Part shown: positions 8,719 through 17,677 of the stretch, piece after piece
How positions within the stretch are numbered: the first letter of the stretch is position 1
Layout of the letters: each line of letters opens with the position of its first letter
From: a virus
Taxonomy: Duplodnaviria > Caudoviricetes
Direction: 5' to 3' (one strand)
Length of the DNA: 58,445 nucleotides
Virus record (IMG/VR): IMGVR_UViG_3300009159_005446
Span: 1-58,445 of that record
The notes under the pieces: model-generated
Seen by the model: only the letters and a program-made list of their open reading frames with translations
What the model was told of the DNA's origin: nothing
Database searches by the model: none
Translations under genes and position numbers: made by a program

Positions 8719-11019
8719 TTATTCTCCTAACTTGTATTGCTGATTGACCATTTCCTGATGCAATCTATCACTGCCCAGGCCACGTAACAATCTTACATTG
8801 TCTACATTTATCTGATTGCGATAAATTTCTTTGGGTGCATAAAATGCAACGTCTGGCATCATCATTGAATATGCTTGGTATCCCACCGGTTGACGAGCAA
8901 TGCTGGCAATGTCAACTCCCACAGCCAAATCATTAATCTGCACATCTCGTTTGACTGTGCCGGTTTGTTGAGATTGTGCAACAGATTGCATCATTGTGGG
9001 TTGCTGTTCTAACACATCAGTTAATGTAGAACGGGTACCCACTTTGATACCTTCACTTGGTGGTAGTTCAATTTCATACATGCTTGCAGTTCTTCCTGTT
9101 GGCAACTGGAACCCAAAATTCACCACAGGAGCCTCAACAGCCGACACTATGTAGGATGTTTGTGACACAAACGAATTAAATTGTGTTTGTGCATTTACTA
9201 GCACCAATCCTGTACCTGTGTTTTGTGAGGTGTCAGTTGCAGTTGCCTGAGCCGGTGGTCGAACAGCTTCCATACTTGCGGCAGCGGCTTGTGCACCTGT
9301 GGGCAATGAAAACGTACTGATTTGTGTTTGTGCGGATGACTTACTGGTTGTACCTTGTGAATCGTTTGCAAGCGACATACTGCCTGCAACACTTTGAGCT
9401 GTTAATGTACTGGCCACAGCCTCTGCTTGTTGTTGTGCTTGTTGTGCATCCTTGGCAGCGGCAGATTCTGCGGCTTGTACAACAGACTTTGCTTCGTTGC
9501 CAATTCTAGCTTGGTTGCTACTGATCATGCTCATGACAGAGCTTAGGCCAGGCCCTGCTTTGCTAGTGTTATCACTGGCTGTTTTAACTTCGCCTGGCTT
9601 GGGCTGACCGCTACTACCTTGTGCAGGGGCCTGGTTTGCTGGAGATCCATTAGGGTTACCTGAGCCTGGTTGTGGTGCGCCCGGTGGAGGTGCAACACCC
9701 GGAGGTGGTTCAGAACCAGGTGGTGGCGGTGGGCTACCTGGTGGTGCAGGCTGAGTAGGATCTGTGTTTACAGGATCCTGCATTTGTGCACCATTTGCGA
9801 CAACTACTGATGTGCTATTTGATGCCATTGCTTGCTTGGCCATAGCAAACGCATAACCTTTACAATCAGGACTGTATAGCGGATTAGAAACGCAAGGGTC
9901 AGCGGTATAAATCAATGTGGCCCACATGCCTTCAATTCTAGAACCTGTACCAGATGTACTACCTGATATTCTTCCTGAACCTAATACGGCTTGATTTAAA
10001 CTAGAAGGCAAAAGGTATTTGTCGCTGATAGAGCCACTGACGCCATCACCTGTTAAACTATAATTCTTTGAAAATATTGATTGATTGCTACTATTAGTTA
10101 ATGATACTGTAGCATTTACACGACCTGGTATATCCATGTACCAACTACATGATCCATCTTGGTTAGTAGCAGTACATCCTGACCAACTTTCGCCTACTCT
10201 ATAGTTGAATCCATAGTTGAATCCGTGAACCATTGCACCTATACCTGCATTTGATAGAGCAGTATTAATAGCAAATGTCTGAGTTAAACTTGTTCCACCG
10301 CGGGTTGAATCTAATAAATTGCTTGAGTTAATTACGTTGTTGAACCCGGCGCAGGTTGAACTATATGCAACATTAGTAGCACACGGGTCAATTTTGTATT
10401 TTAAACGAAAGTCAACATTGAATACTTCTGGGCCATATGTGCCCGCCCAAAAATTGCTGTCACGACCAATTAAGCCCACTTGCGCTGAACTCAATGCAGC
10501 CGCAGTGTATGGTGTAGCAAATGTCTCTGTAAAACTAAAGTTACTCCAGTTATATTTTCTATTAGTTGATGCAGTGTAGTCGTAGGCGGCAATTTGGTTG
10601 CCAGCAGACCCATATAATTTAACATAAGCGGATAGGTAATCTTGTTGACCATTATCCCACCCATTACCGTTTTTGGCGGTGAAGCTGTAGACAAATCCAG
10701 CAAGTTGAACCCCAGTGCCGGCCGATTCTAATGCTTTGTTTATGTTGATAACTTGATTGAGATCAGAGGTGCCATAACTGAAGTTGATGTAGCCACCGGG
10801 TCTAACACTGGGATTAGGACCACAATTACCAGGGTCTCCCATTTGCCAGCAAGTTAATTGATTAACATACACACCATTGTTCCAGGTGCTAGTTGTGTCC
10901 GTGGGTGTAGTACCGTAATTTATTAAATTGCCGGTAGTAGATACAGTTTGACTATTAGAATAACTTGTTAACAATAACGCCAAGCAAAGCGCCAGCGCCG
11001 ATCTTCTTATAAGTGTCAT
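8719..11019 (-). CDS. Large secreted protein: two beta domains each ending DPCxxNxxYSxxC, Pro-rich linker, Ala/Gln/Ser-rich tail
   Basis: Signal-peptide-like start; internal duplication visible in translation. Confidence 0.8.
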   Translation of the reverse strand: MTLIRRSALALCLALLLTSYSNSQTVSTTGNLINYGTTPTDTTSTWNNGVYVNQLTCWQMGDPGNCGPNPSVRPGGYINFSYGTSDLNQVININKALESAGTGVQLAGFVYSFTAKNGNGWDNGQQDYLSAYVKLYGSAGNQIAAYDYTASTNRKYNWSNFSFTETFATPYTAAALSSAQVGLIGRDSNFWAGTYGPEVFNVDFRLKYKIDPCATNVAYSSTCAGFNNVINSSNLLDSTRGGTSLTQTFAINTALSNAGIGAMVHGFNYGFNYRVGESWSGCTATNQDGSCSWYMDIPGRVNATVSLTNSSNQSIFSKNYSLTGDGVSGSISDKYLLPSSLNQAVLGSGRISGSTSGTGSRIEGMWATLIYTADPCVSNPLYSPDCKGYAFAMAKQAMASNSTSVVVANGAQMQDPVNTDPTQPAPPGSPPPPPGSEPPPGVAPPPGAPQPGSGNPNGSPANQAPAQGSSGQPKPGEVKTASDNTSKAGPGLSSVMSMISSNQARIGNEAKSVVQAAESAAAKDAQQAQQQAEAVASTLTAQSVAGSMSLANDSQGTTSKSSAQTQISTFSLPTGAQAAAASMEAVRPPAQATATDTSQNTGTGLVLVNAQTQFNSFVSQTSYIVSAVEAPVVNFGFQLPTGRTASMYEIELPPSEGIKVGTRSTLTDVLEQQPTMMQSVAQSQQTGTVKRDVQINDLAVGVDIASIARQPVGYQAYSMMMPDVAFYAPKEIYRNQINVDNVRLLRGLGSDRLHQEMVNQQYKLGE

Positions 11020-12160
11020 CTAGTTTGTCCTCTTCCTCTTTGGGGATACGGTCAGGATTTGCTGTCCATGCTGCCTTGGCCTGTTCACCAATTTTGCCTT
11101 CGTATGGGCAAGGTGTACCTGCGGCTATCATAGCATCAAACACACGGCGGTCTTGACACATTGTAGCAACCGCGGCCACTTTCATACCCATATCATATAG
11201 AGTTTTAGATAACTTTAGTCGTTCACAGTTCATGTCACGAACTGTGCCACCACCTGATACGCCAAATACTTGTGTCTGTACACTACCTGAACTACCAGTT
11301 GAACATAAGTCAGCATTGCCACCTGAAAGCATAGCAGGTGCTACAGCAGTTGGTGGAGGTTGAATAACTCGTTGAGTAATTTCAGTTTGATTAATATTCT
11401 TGTTAGTTAACTCACCTTGTTGAATATTTGTATTAACTGAGTTATTTTGATTTATGTTATTGTTAGTAGCAGTGCTAGTACTGGCCGATGTATTGATATT
11501 ACGATTGGTCATGTCGCCAGTATTGACATTGTTGTTGGTAGCGGTGCTAACATTGTTGTTGTTGTTGGTAGCGGTACTGGTACTTGCGTTGTTGTTATTG
11601 TAGGTCATTGTACCAGAATTTACATTGTTGTTGTTGTTTGTATTCACACTGGTACTAGTACTGTTGTTGATATTTCTATAAGTCATATCACCAGTGTTGA
11701 TATTGTTGTTGGTGTTTGTATTCACACTGGTGCTGGTGCTCACATTGTTGTTGTTATATGTCATTGTACCAGAGTTGACGTTGTTGTTATTGTTATTGTA
11801 CGTCATTGTGCCTGTGTTTTCATTCTTGTTGATATTGGTCACAGTACCACTTTGAATGTTGTAGTTGGTGTTGGTATTGGTGCTGTTGCTATTGTTAGTA
11901 TTGTTACTGGTACTGTTAACAGCGGCTGTACTGGTGCTGTTGCTGTTACTGGTAGTATTGCTGTTTGACGTAACTGTGCTGGTACTATTACTTGTACTAT
12001 TGGTGTCCACCAGACTCTTGGAGTCGTAACTGCCTTGATTGATCAAGGTACTTGTGCCTGTGGTTGTGCCACCTGCTGAGCTTGAGGTAGTGGTGGTTTG
12101 GCCTCGGGCCGTGCCGACACACAGTACCGCCACAATTATAGATAATAATATTTTTTTCAT
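10955..12160 (-). CDS. Secreted Asn/Thr/Ser-repeat protein with Cys-containing C-terminal domain
   Basis: Signal peptide; NNNNVNSGTMTY-type repeats; C-terminal DLCSTG..RDMNCERLKLSKTLYDMGMKVAAVATMCQD..GTPCP; AGGAG RBS; TAAATA at 12194-12199. Confidence 0.85.
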   Translation of the reverse strand: MKKILLSIIVAVLCVGTARGQTTTTSSSAGGTTTGTSTLINQGSYDSKSLVDTNSTSNSTSTVTSNSNTTSNSNSTSTAAVNSTSNNTNNSNSTNTNTNYNIQSGTVTNINKNENTGTMTYNNNNNNVNSGTMTYNNNNVSTSTSVNTNTNNNINTGDMTYRNINNSTSTSVNTNNNNNVNSGTMTYNNNNASTSTATNNNNNVSTATNNNVNTGDMTNRNINTSASTSTATNNNINQNNSVNTNIQQGELTNKNINQTEITQRVIQPPPTAVAPAMLSGGNADLCSTGSSGSVQTQVFGVSGGGTVRDMNCERLKLSKTLYDMGMKVAAVATMCQDRRVFDAMIAAGTPCPYEGKIGEQAKAAWTANPDRIPKEEEDKLDDTYKKIGAGALLGVIVNKLF

Positions 12161-12255
12161 TTTTATTCTAGCTCCTAGACTAGTTTAGGATAATATTTAC
12201 GGTAAAAACTCCCCGAAATAACCACGCACACAACGGTCAATCTAAATTTACGGTA

Positions 12256-12277
12256 GTTGTTGCAAAAATACAACAAC
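12256..12277. promoter_or_regulatory. Operator-like palindrome TGTTGC-N6-ACAACA
   Basis: GTTGTTGCAAAAATACAACAAC just upstream of -35; recurs at 19300, 21411 and 21435. Confidence 0.6.
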
Positions 12278-12285
12278 AAAAGTGG

Positions 12286-12314
12286 TTGACCAGAAATTGC
12301 TCATTTGCTACAAT
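12286..12314 (+). promoter_or_regulatory. Sigma70-type early promoter
   Basis: TTGACC-17-TACAAT; near-duplicate at 21487-21515. Confidence 0.8.
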
Positions 12315-12343
12315 AGAAGCATAGTAAGAAACAAGGAGACATC

Positions 12344-12619
12344 ATGCTTACAATTCAAGAAGTCAACTCTGCTATTATTGCGGGAACATTCACAAACGAT
12401 CAGCTGTCAAGCATGATTGATGCCATCAAGTATGCTCGTGCTCAAATCACTAAGCAAAAAACTCGAGCATTCAGCATTGGTGACTCTGTTAAGTTTACCA
12501 GCAACCGCAACGGCCTGACCTATGTTGGCACTGTGCGCAAAGTCAAGATCAAGTTTGTGTTAGTTAACACTCCAGGTGGCCTGTTCAATGTTCCGGCCAA
12601 CATGTTGGAGTCTGCATGA
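12344..12619 (+). CDS. Hypothetical phage protein (SH3/KOW-like C-terminus)
   Basis: AAGGAG RBS; FSIGDSVKF..GTVRKV pattern. Confidence 0.8.
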   Translation: MLTIQEVNSAIIAGTFTNDQLSSMIDAIKYARAQITKQKTRAFSIGDSVKFTSNRNGLTYVGTVRKVKIKFVLVNTPGGLFNVPANMLESA

Positions 12620-12966
12620 AGACGCTTCTTGAAACTACGGAGTGGAGTGATGGTGCCAACATCAACCATGTGTACTTCATGGATGATTCCAAAAGCAAAA
12701 TGTTTGCCTATGTCAAGTTTGGTGAGGGTAAACCTATCCGTTTTAAGAATCCCATACGCATCGATATCCGTGGCCGCAAGTTCAAGGACGTGCCCAATAC
12801 TTGGAAGTTTGATATCAAAGAAGAACCCGAAGGTCGTGTATGGACGGTAAAAGGTAGCAAGGGAGATGAGTACCGGGTTACCGAAGTCAATGGCAATTAC
12901 TCGTGCACATGTTCAGGATTCCGATTCCGTGGAGACTGTCGGCATGTGAAAGAACTTGGTACTTAA
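12616..12966 (+). CDS. SWIM zinc-finger protein
   Basis: YSCTCSGFRFRGDCRH (CxC...CxH). Confidence 0.8.
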   Translation: MKTLLETTEWSDGANINHVYFMDDSKSKMFAYVKFGEGKPIRFKNPIRIDIRGRKFKDVPNTWKFDIKEEPEGRVWTVKGSKGDEYRVTEVNGNYSCTCSGFRFRGDCRHVKELGT

Positions 12967-13070
12967 TGACCAAATGTACTAAGAATCGGGTCTAAACAGC
13001 CCGATTCTTCTTGAGACCTTTAAATATTTTTGCAGATTATCTAATCTGCTTTTTTAAAGGAGTCTATTAT

Positions 13071-13304
13071 ATGGACAAAGCGTTTGAAAAGGCCTCGGGC
13101 CTACTAAGTCAAATTACACACCTGGGTGTAAAATTGTTTTTTGCAGTTGTTATTTTGCAAATACTATTTGGAGCAGTGATGGCTAACTCAATAGCAGTTT
13201 CTGTGGCATCATTTGCAGGGGCACTTGGCAACAACGGCCTTGAGTGCTTGATTGTATTGACTGTTACCTACCTTGGGTTTAGATTCTTAAAACTGAAAAA
13301 GTAA
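13071..13304 (+). CDS. Small two-TM membrane protein
   Basis: AAGGAG RBS before ATG 13071; hydrophobic helices. Confidence 0.7.
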   Translation: MDKAFEKASGLLSQITHLGVKLFFAVVILQILFGAVMANSIAVSVASFAGALGNNGLECLIVLTVTYLGFRFLKLKK

Positions 13305-13319
13305 TAGACTCTAGTGATA

Positions 13320-13349
13320 AAAAAGCCACCCTAGGGTGGCTTTGTCTTT
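13320..13349. terminator. Bidirectional intrinsic terminator
   Basis: AAAAGCCACC-ctag-GGTGGCTTT between convergent genes. Confidence 0.8.
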
Positions 13350-13855
13350 TAACTGTTTAGCACTTTTGCTACTGAATTCATCACACTGGCAATTCTGCCA
13401 ATGTCACGAAGTTGTTCAACTGTGTAGCCTTCTTTCTTCAATGTATCATAATGTGCCTTAACACAGAAATGACACTTGCCCACAATACTTGCGGCAAGAC
13501 TGAATGCTTCAAAGTTGGCCTTGGTGGTTCCACCATGTGACGCAATAGCGTTCATGCGTAACTGTGCTGGTAAACCTTTTAGACTTTCATCATCTGCCAT
13601 TTCAACGTAGGGATACCATACGTTGTTTTGAGCCATGATACTTGCGGCTGTCATTGCTGACTCTGCATGTACAGGAGCATCTGCTAACAAGATACTTAAT
13701 ACCTTACCGTTGCCAGTTGCAGCCAGTGAGGCCACAGCACAACCCATAGCAACATCTGGATCTAATGTACTACGCAAAAGAACAGCATCAAGATTTAACT
13801 TGGTGTCTTTTGCGTAGTCTGGCAACGCACCTTTGATAGTGTCGTTGAATGCCAT
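13349..13855 (-). CDS. ahpD: Alkyl hydroperoxide reductase AhpD (CMD family)
   Basis: LPDYAKDTKLNL, MAQNNVWY, ASIVGKCHFCVKAH (CxxC), adjacent to ahpC. Confidence 0.93.
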   Translation of the reverse strand: MAFNDTIKGALPDYAKDTKLNLDAVLLRSTLDPDVAMGCAVASLAATGNGKVLSILLADAPVHAESAMTAASIMAQNNVWYPYVEMADDESLKGLPAQLRMNAIASHGGTTKANFEAFSLAASIVGKCHFCVKAHYDTLKKEGYTVEQLRDIGRIASVMNSVAKVLNS

Positions 13856-13856
13856 G

Positions 13857-14396
13857 TTAGAGAGTCTCTCCGCCTACTGTACGGTTACATGCACATAGCT
13901 CACCAGTTTGTAGCGCATCCAATACACGAAGTGTTTCTTCTGGGCTACGACCAACGTTCAAGTTGTTGACAGTAACGTGTTGGATTTCATTGTTTGGATC
14001 AACAATGAATGTGGCACGAAGTGCGGCACCGGCTGGAGCATAGAACACGCCTAGTTGTTCAATCAAGCTCAACTCTCCACGCTGTGTGTCAGCAAACTGG
14101 GTGTGAGTAATCTTCTGTAAATCTCTGTGTGCTTTTTGCCATGCCACTTTACAAAACTCATTGTCTGTTGAACCTGTGAGCAATACAGCATCGCGATCAG
14201 CAAAGTCACTTGCTAACTTATCATAAGCTACAATCTCTGTTGGGCATACGAATGTAAAGTCTTTTGGATAGTAAACAATTACTTTCCATTTGCCTTCGAA
14301 ACTACCTTCTGTGATAGTATAGAAAGCATCTTCAGGTTGTCCTGGCTTAACGCCTGTGATTGCGAATGGGGCTAATTTGTCGCCGACTGTTTTCAT
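13857..14396 (-). CDS. ahpC: Peroxiredoxin AhpC
   Basis: YPKDFTFVCPTE, RATFIVDP, GRSPEETLRVLDALQTGELC. Confidence 0.96.
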   Translation of the reverse strand: MKTVGDKLAPFAITGVKPGQPEDAFYTITEGSFEGKWKVIVYYPKDFTFVCPTEIVAYDKLASDFADRDAVLLTGSTDNEFCKVAWQKAHRDLQKITHTQFADTQRGELSLIEQLGVFYAPAGAALRATFIVDPNNEIQHVTVNNLNVGRSPEETLRVLDALQTGELCACNRTVGGETL

Positions 14397-14448
14397 TTTG
14401 ATTTCCTTTAAGTTAAAAATTGATTCTCAGTGTTTGTACTGAGTGCGT

Positions 14449-14534
14449 ATTGTACTAGTAGTTATCTATGGAATCAAGCAACTGTACGGAATTTTCCAAC
14501 AATTATTTCTATGACGGCAATTAATTTTTCCAAT
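14449..14534 (-). promoter_or_regulatory. ahpC promoter with OxyR-like site
   Basis: Minus-strand TTGATT(14477)-17-TACAAT; tetramers aaca-N7-CTAT-N7-ATTA-N7-CAAT at 14498-14534. Confidence 0.5.
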
Positions 14535-14535
14535 G

Positions 14536-14562
14536 AAAAACCCGCCGAAGCGGGTTTGGTTT
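14536..14562 (-). terminator. Intrinsic terminator
   Basis: AAACCCGC-cgaa-GCGGGTTT with U-tract on minus strand. Confidence 0.75.
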
Positions 14563-14575
14563 ACATCAAGTTAAA

Positions 14576-15121
14576 TTAGAAACCAAAGCTTAGGCCAACA
14601 CCATAAGCTGTTTCTTTGATGTCTTGATAGCTCTTGCTTGCATTCACATTGAGTGAAATCTTCTTGGCAACAGGAATACTGTAGGTTGCAAATGCCACAG
14701 TTTGTTTTGTCTCATGTGCGGCACTAGTACCTAGACGAGTCTTAACACCACCAAATGCATAACCTGGTCCAACTTTGGCACCAGTTGTAGCACCAATCAA
14801 GCCATATGTGTATGAACCAGCAGGTGCGCCGTTGAAGCCATTGTCATAGCCAATACCAACAAATGGTTGTACAGGGCCAAGCTTGCCGGCTGCGCCAGTA
14901 ACTTCTAGGCTGTTGAACATGCCACCTTTGTTGCCCACACCAGTACGACTTTGGAGACCATAGTCGATGCCATTGATGGTTTTGCCAGCACGAACATACT
15001 GTGCAGAGCTTTCCTGGCCGGATGCAGTTTTGACATGGTCAACATCAATGCTGACGAAATCAGCGGCTGATGCCACCATTGCGGCCGAAGCCAATAGAGT
15101 TGCAAATGCAATTTTCTTCAT
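14576..15121 (-). CDS. Outer-membrane beta-barrel protein
   Basis: Signal peptide; amphipathic beta strands; C-terminal YGVGLSFGF BAM-type signal. Confidence 0.75.
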   Translation of the reverse strand: MKKIAFATLLASAAMVASAADFVSIDVDHVKTASGQESSAQYVRAGKTINGIDYGLQSRTGVGNKGGMFNSLEVTGAAGKLGPVQPFVGIGYDNGFNGAPAGSYTYGLIGATTGAKVGPGYAFGGVKTRLGTSAAHETKQTVAFATYSIPVAKKISLNVNASKSYQDIKETAYGVGLSFGF

Positions 15122-15317
15122 TTTAAAGTCCTTTATAATTCAGTGACACAGTGCCACTTGAACTATTATATAGTACCTCACACCGCAAACTCCAATATAA
15201 TACGGGGTAAAAGCACCAAAACAGTCTGAATTGGCAGAATCTCTTCAGAATATCGTAGACTTACCAACAGTAACATGTTATTATTGTATCACGTTGTGAG
15301 GACAACGAACTACTTAG

Positions 15318-15602
15318 ATGAAAGGTATCATTGTGAAATTTATTAATCCTGAAACCAAGACCTTCAAGGTCTTTACAGCACTCAAGTCTGGTGAGACTTT
15401 GACAGCGTCAGAAGCCAAAAAACGTTTTGGTGTTGGCAATTTGGCCGCTGAAGCCAGCCGTTTGCGTCAACATGGCTTTGCTGTGTATGCCAACTCTCGC
15501 ACTGCTGGCAATGGTGTGCGTGTGACTGAATACGTCATGGGCAAACCAAGCCGTAAGGTGGTGGCCGCTGGTTACAAAGCTATTGCTTTGGGCTTGGTCT
15601 AA
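15318..15602 (+). CDS. Winged helix-turn-helix DNA-binding protein
   Basis: LKSGETLTASEAKKRFGVGNLAAEASRLRQHGF; upstream TAGACT-17-TATTAT. Confidence 0.7.
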   Translation: MKGIIVKFINPETKTFKVFTALKSGETLTASEAKKRFGVGNLAAEASRLRQHGFAVYANSRTAGNGVRVTEYVMGKPSRKVVAAGYKAIALGLV

Positions 15603-15634
15603 ACCAACTTGCCCAACTTGGGCATGCCGGAAAC

Positions 15635-15662
15635 AACCCGCTATCTTGGCGGGTTTTTTCTT
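15635..15662 (+). terminator. Intrinsic terminator
   Basis: AACCCGC-tatcttg-GCGGGTTTTTTC. Confidence 0.75.
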
Positions 15663-15690
15663 GACCGGAAATTCCAATCTAGTGTATAAT
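15661..15690 (+). promoter_or_regulatory. Sigma70-type early promoter
   Basis: TTGACC-18-TATAAT. Confidence 0.7.
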
Positions 15691-15722
15691 AACACAAGGT
15701 GTTAAATATTGATGAGGTGACT

Positions 15723-16073
15723 ATGGAATTTCTTATTAGTTTTGTTCTGGGTTTAGCAGTGGGTGTGTTTATTGTGCTGATGTTTATACGAAGCGCAGTT
15801 CGTGAAGCCTTGGAGTCAGCTGACGACAGCTTGAACAGACTCAAAAACTTAGTTGAGCAAGAAATAGAACGCACAGTTCAGACTCGTGTGGAAGAACACG
15901 ATGGTATATACTACATATACAACGTCAAGGATGGTGCTTTTTTGGTTCAGGGATCGACTCTTAAAGAAGTCAAAGATTCTATTGAAAAACAATTTCCCGA
16001 CACCAATGTCAATATCACTCAAGGTGATATTGATGTTATCAACAAGCTCAAAGCTGAACTAAGCACCAATTGA
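15723..16073 (+). CDS. Hypothetical membrane-anchored protein
   Basis: GAGGTG RBS; N-terminal TM. Confidence 0.75.
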   Translation: MEFLISFVLGLAVGVFIVLMFIRSAVREALESADDSLNRLKNLVEQEIERTVQTRVEEHDGIYYIYNVKDGAFLVQGSTLKEVKDSIEKQFPDTNVNITQGDIDVINKLKAELSTN

Positions 16074-16107
16074 TATTGCATTATGTTAATCACTGTGCTA
16101 TAATATC

Positions 16108-16290
16108 ATGGTGATAACAATTTATAATACCACGTTAACCAAAGTATATAAATGGCTGGAACAAGAGCTTGATCTAAAAATAGGTCAGGACTGGTTTTGG
16201 ACCTGGGATCACTCATCTGATCGTCCAGCTGTGGAATTTGTTGACCCCCGAGCAGAATTATTGGTACAACTAAAGGCAAAGAATTTATGA
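16108..16290 (+). CDS. Small Trp-rich hypothetical protein
   Basis: Immediately after TTGCAT-17-TATAAT (16076-16104), possibly leaderless; ATGA-coupled to next gene. Confidence 0.6.
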   Translation: MVITIYNTTLTKVYKWLEQELDLKIGQDWFWTWDHSSDRPAVEFVDPRAELLVQLKAKNL

Positions 16291-17012
16291 AGATTTATAT
16301 CAGCAAATATCGATATCATTGGTTCAGTCCATACACTTGGTTTGACTATATGTTTTTCTGGACTGACTGGAGCAAGTGTGCTCGGTGGAAACTTCAGCAA
16401 ACACTGGAGGATCAAGGTCGAGAAAAAACACAATGGGTTGATCGCCCGGACTGGTGTGAGCGTTGGTCAGACCGACTTGAACCCATCAGCCAGGGCATCA
16501 TGTGGGTGCTGGATCGAATCCATCCCAAGATTGACTATGTGAAGATTGACAAATGGGACACCTGGAGCATGGATCATACCTTGGCTCTTATTGTGTTGCC
16601 CATGCTCAAACAACTGCAGGCAACCAAGCATGGTAGCCCGTTGGTGGAAGATGAGGATGTGCCCGAACACCTGCGTAGCACGGCCGCGCCAGCTAAAGAA
16701 AACGAGTGGGATACAGATGACAATTTACATCTTCGCTGGGAATGGGTCATGAATGAAATGATCTTTGCGTTCTCTTGCAAAGTGGATGACTCTTGGGAAG
16801 ATGCTTTCCGTTCAGGCGAACACGATACTGTGTGGGTGCCTGTGGACAAGGATAAAAACGAAGTACCCAAAGGCGAACACAAATACTGGCAAATGAAAGA
16901 CGGGCCTAAAAACACCTACAAGTGTGATTATGAAGGTATGCGGGTAGTAGAAGCACGTATCCAAAACGGTTTCCGCTTGTTTGGCAAGTACTACCAAGGC
17001 TTGTGGGATTGA
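16287..17012 (+). CDS. Conserved hypothetical phage protein
   Basis: IDKWDTWSMDHTLALIVLPMLKQL...GFRLFGKYYQGLWD pattern recalled from T4-like phages. Confidence 0.85.
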   Translation: MKIYISKYRYHWFSPYTWFDYMFFWTDWSKCARWKLQQTLEDQGREKTQWVDRPDWCERWSDRLEPISQGIMWVLDRIHPKIDYVKIDKWDTWSMDHTLALIVLPMLKQLQATKHGSPLVEDEDVPEHLRSTAAPAKENEWDTDDNLHLRWEWVMNEMIFAFSCKVDDSWEDAFRSGEHDTVWVPVDKDKNEVPKGEHKYWQMKDGPKNTYKCDYEGMRVVEARIQNGFRLFGKYYQGLWD

Positions 17013-17022
17013 TTAAATCTGC

Positions 17023-17301
17023 ATGATAAATTTTATCACACCAAACACAACAATAGAGCATATGATGTCATCGTTGTTGCAAGCAAACCCGTTCAAGGCC
17101 GGGCGCCAAATTGCTCTGGAGCAGTTTACAGAGTGGAAAGATCACTATAGCTTTGATGGCCTGCGTGGCATGAGATACGGTCAGAGTTTCTGCAATCACT
17201 TTGATATTTCTGATAATATACTATACTACACAATATTTGATGTTGGCCAGTGTGATGACTACATCATGAAAAGATACATTGAGTCTAGACTTGAAACTTA
17301 A
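17023..17301 (+). CDS. Hypothetical protein
   Basis: In-operon ORF; RYGQSFCNHF. Confidence 0.65.
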   Translation: MINFITPNTTIEHMMSSLLQANPFKAGRQIALEQFTEWKDHYSFDGLRGMRYGQSFCNHFDISDNILYYTIFDVGQCDDYIMKRYIESRLET

Positions 17302-17518
17302 CGAACACGATAGAATAGCAGAAAGTTTTCAGTATCATCGAGAGATTGCCAAACCTTTTGGCAAACTAGATGAAGTCCTATCTTGGTGCAAAACTGAGTG
17401 TCAAGGTGATTGGCGCTGGAGATTGATTGAAGTCAGCACAGATCAACGTCCCGGAATCTACCTGTTTTATTTTGACAGTGAACGTGATTGTTGTGCGTTT
17501 ACGCTAAAATGGGAGTGA
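17279..17518 (+). CDS. Small Trp-rich hypothetical protein
   Basis: WCKTEC..WRWR..FYFDSERDCCAFTLKW. Confidence 0.7.
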   Translation: MSLDLKLNEHDRIAESFQYHREIAKPFGKLDEVLSWCKTECQGDWRWRLIEVSTDQRPGIYLFYFDSERDCCAFTLKWE

Positions 17519-17537
17519 CCTTAGTTATCTCGATTGG

Positions 17538-17566
17538 TTGACACAATAAACTTAGTTTATTATAAT
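17538..17566 (+). promoter_or_regulatory. Consensus sigma70 promoter
   Basis: TTGACA-17-TATAAT. Confidence 0.85.
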
Positions 17567-17677
17567 ACAATCGAGCCATACATAAACTTACGTCTCCAAA
17601 AAGACCACAGCGGCTTTTGTATATTTTCGGGCCGTTGGTGCATAGGAAACTGTGCATTTAACCTTAAAGGAACCAAC

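Noticed and set aside
11400-12000. Repetitive TTG/TTA-rich DNA as a CRISPR array or tandem-repeat element
   Set aside because: Imperfect triplet-periodic repeats explained by Asn/Thr codons of the minus-strand CDS; no constant repeat-spacer structure. The plus-strand Val-rich ORF 11447-11968 is its antisense shadow.
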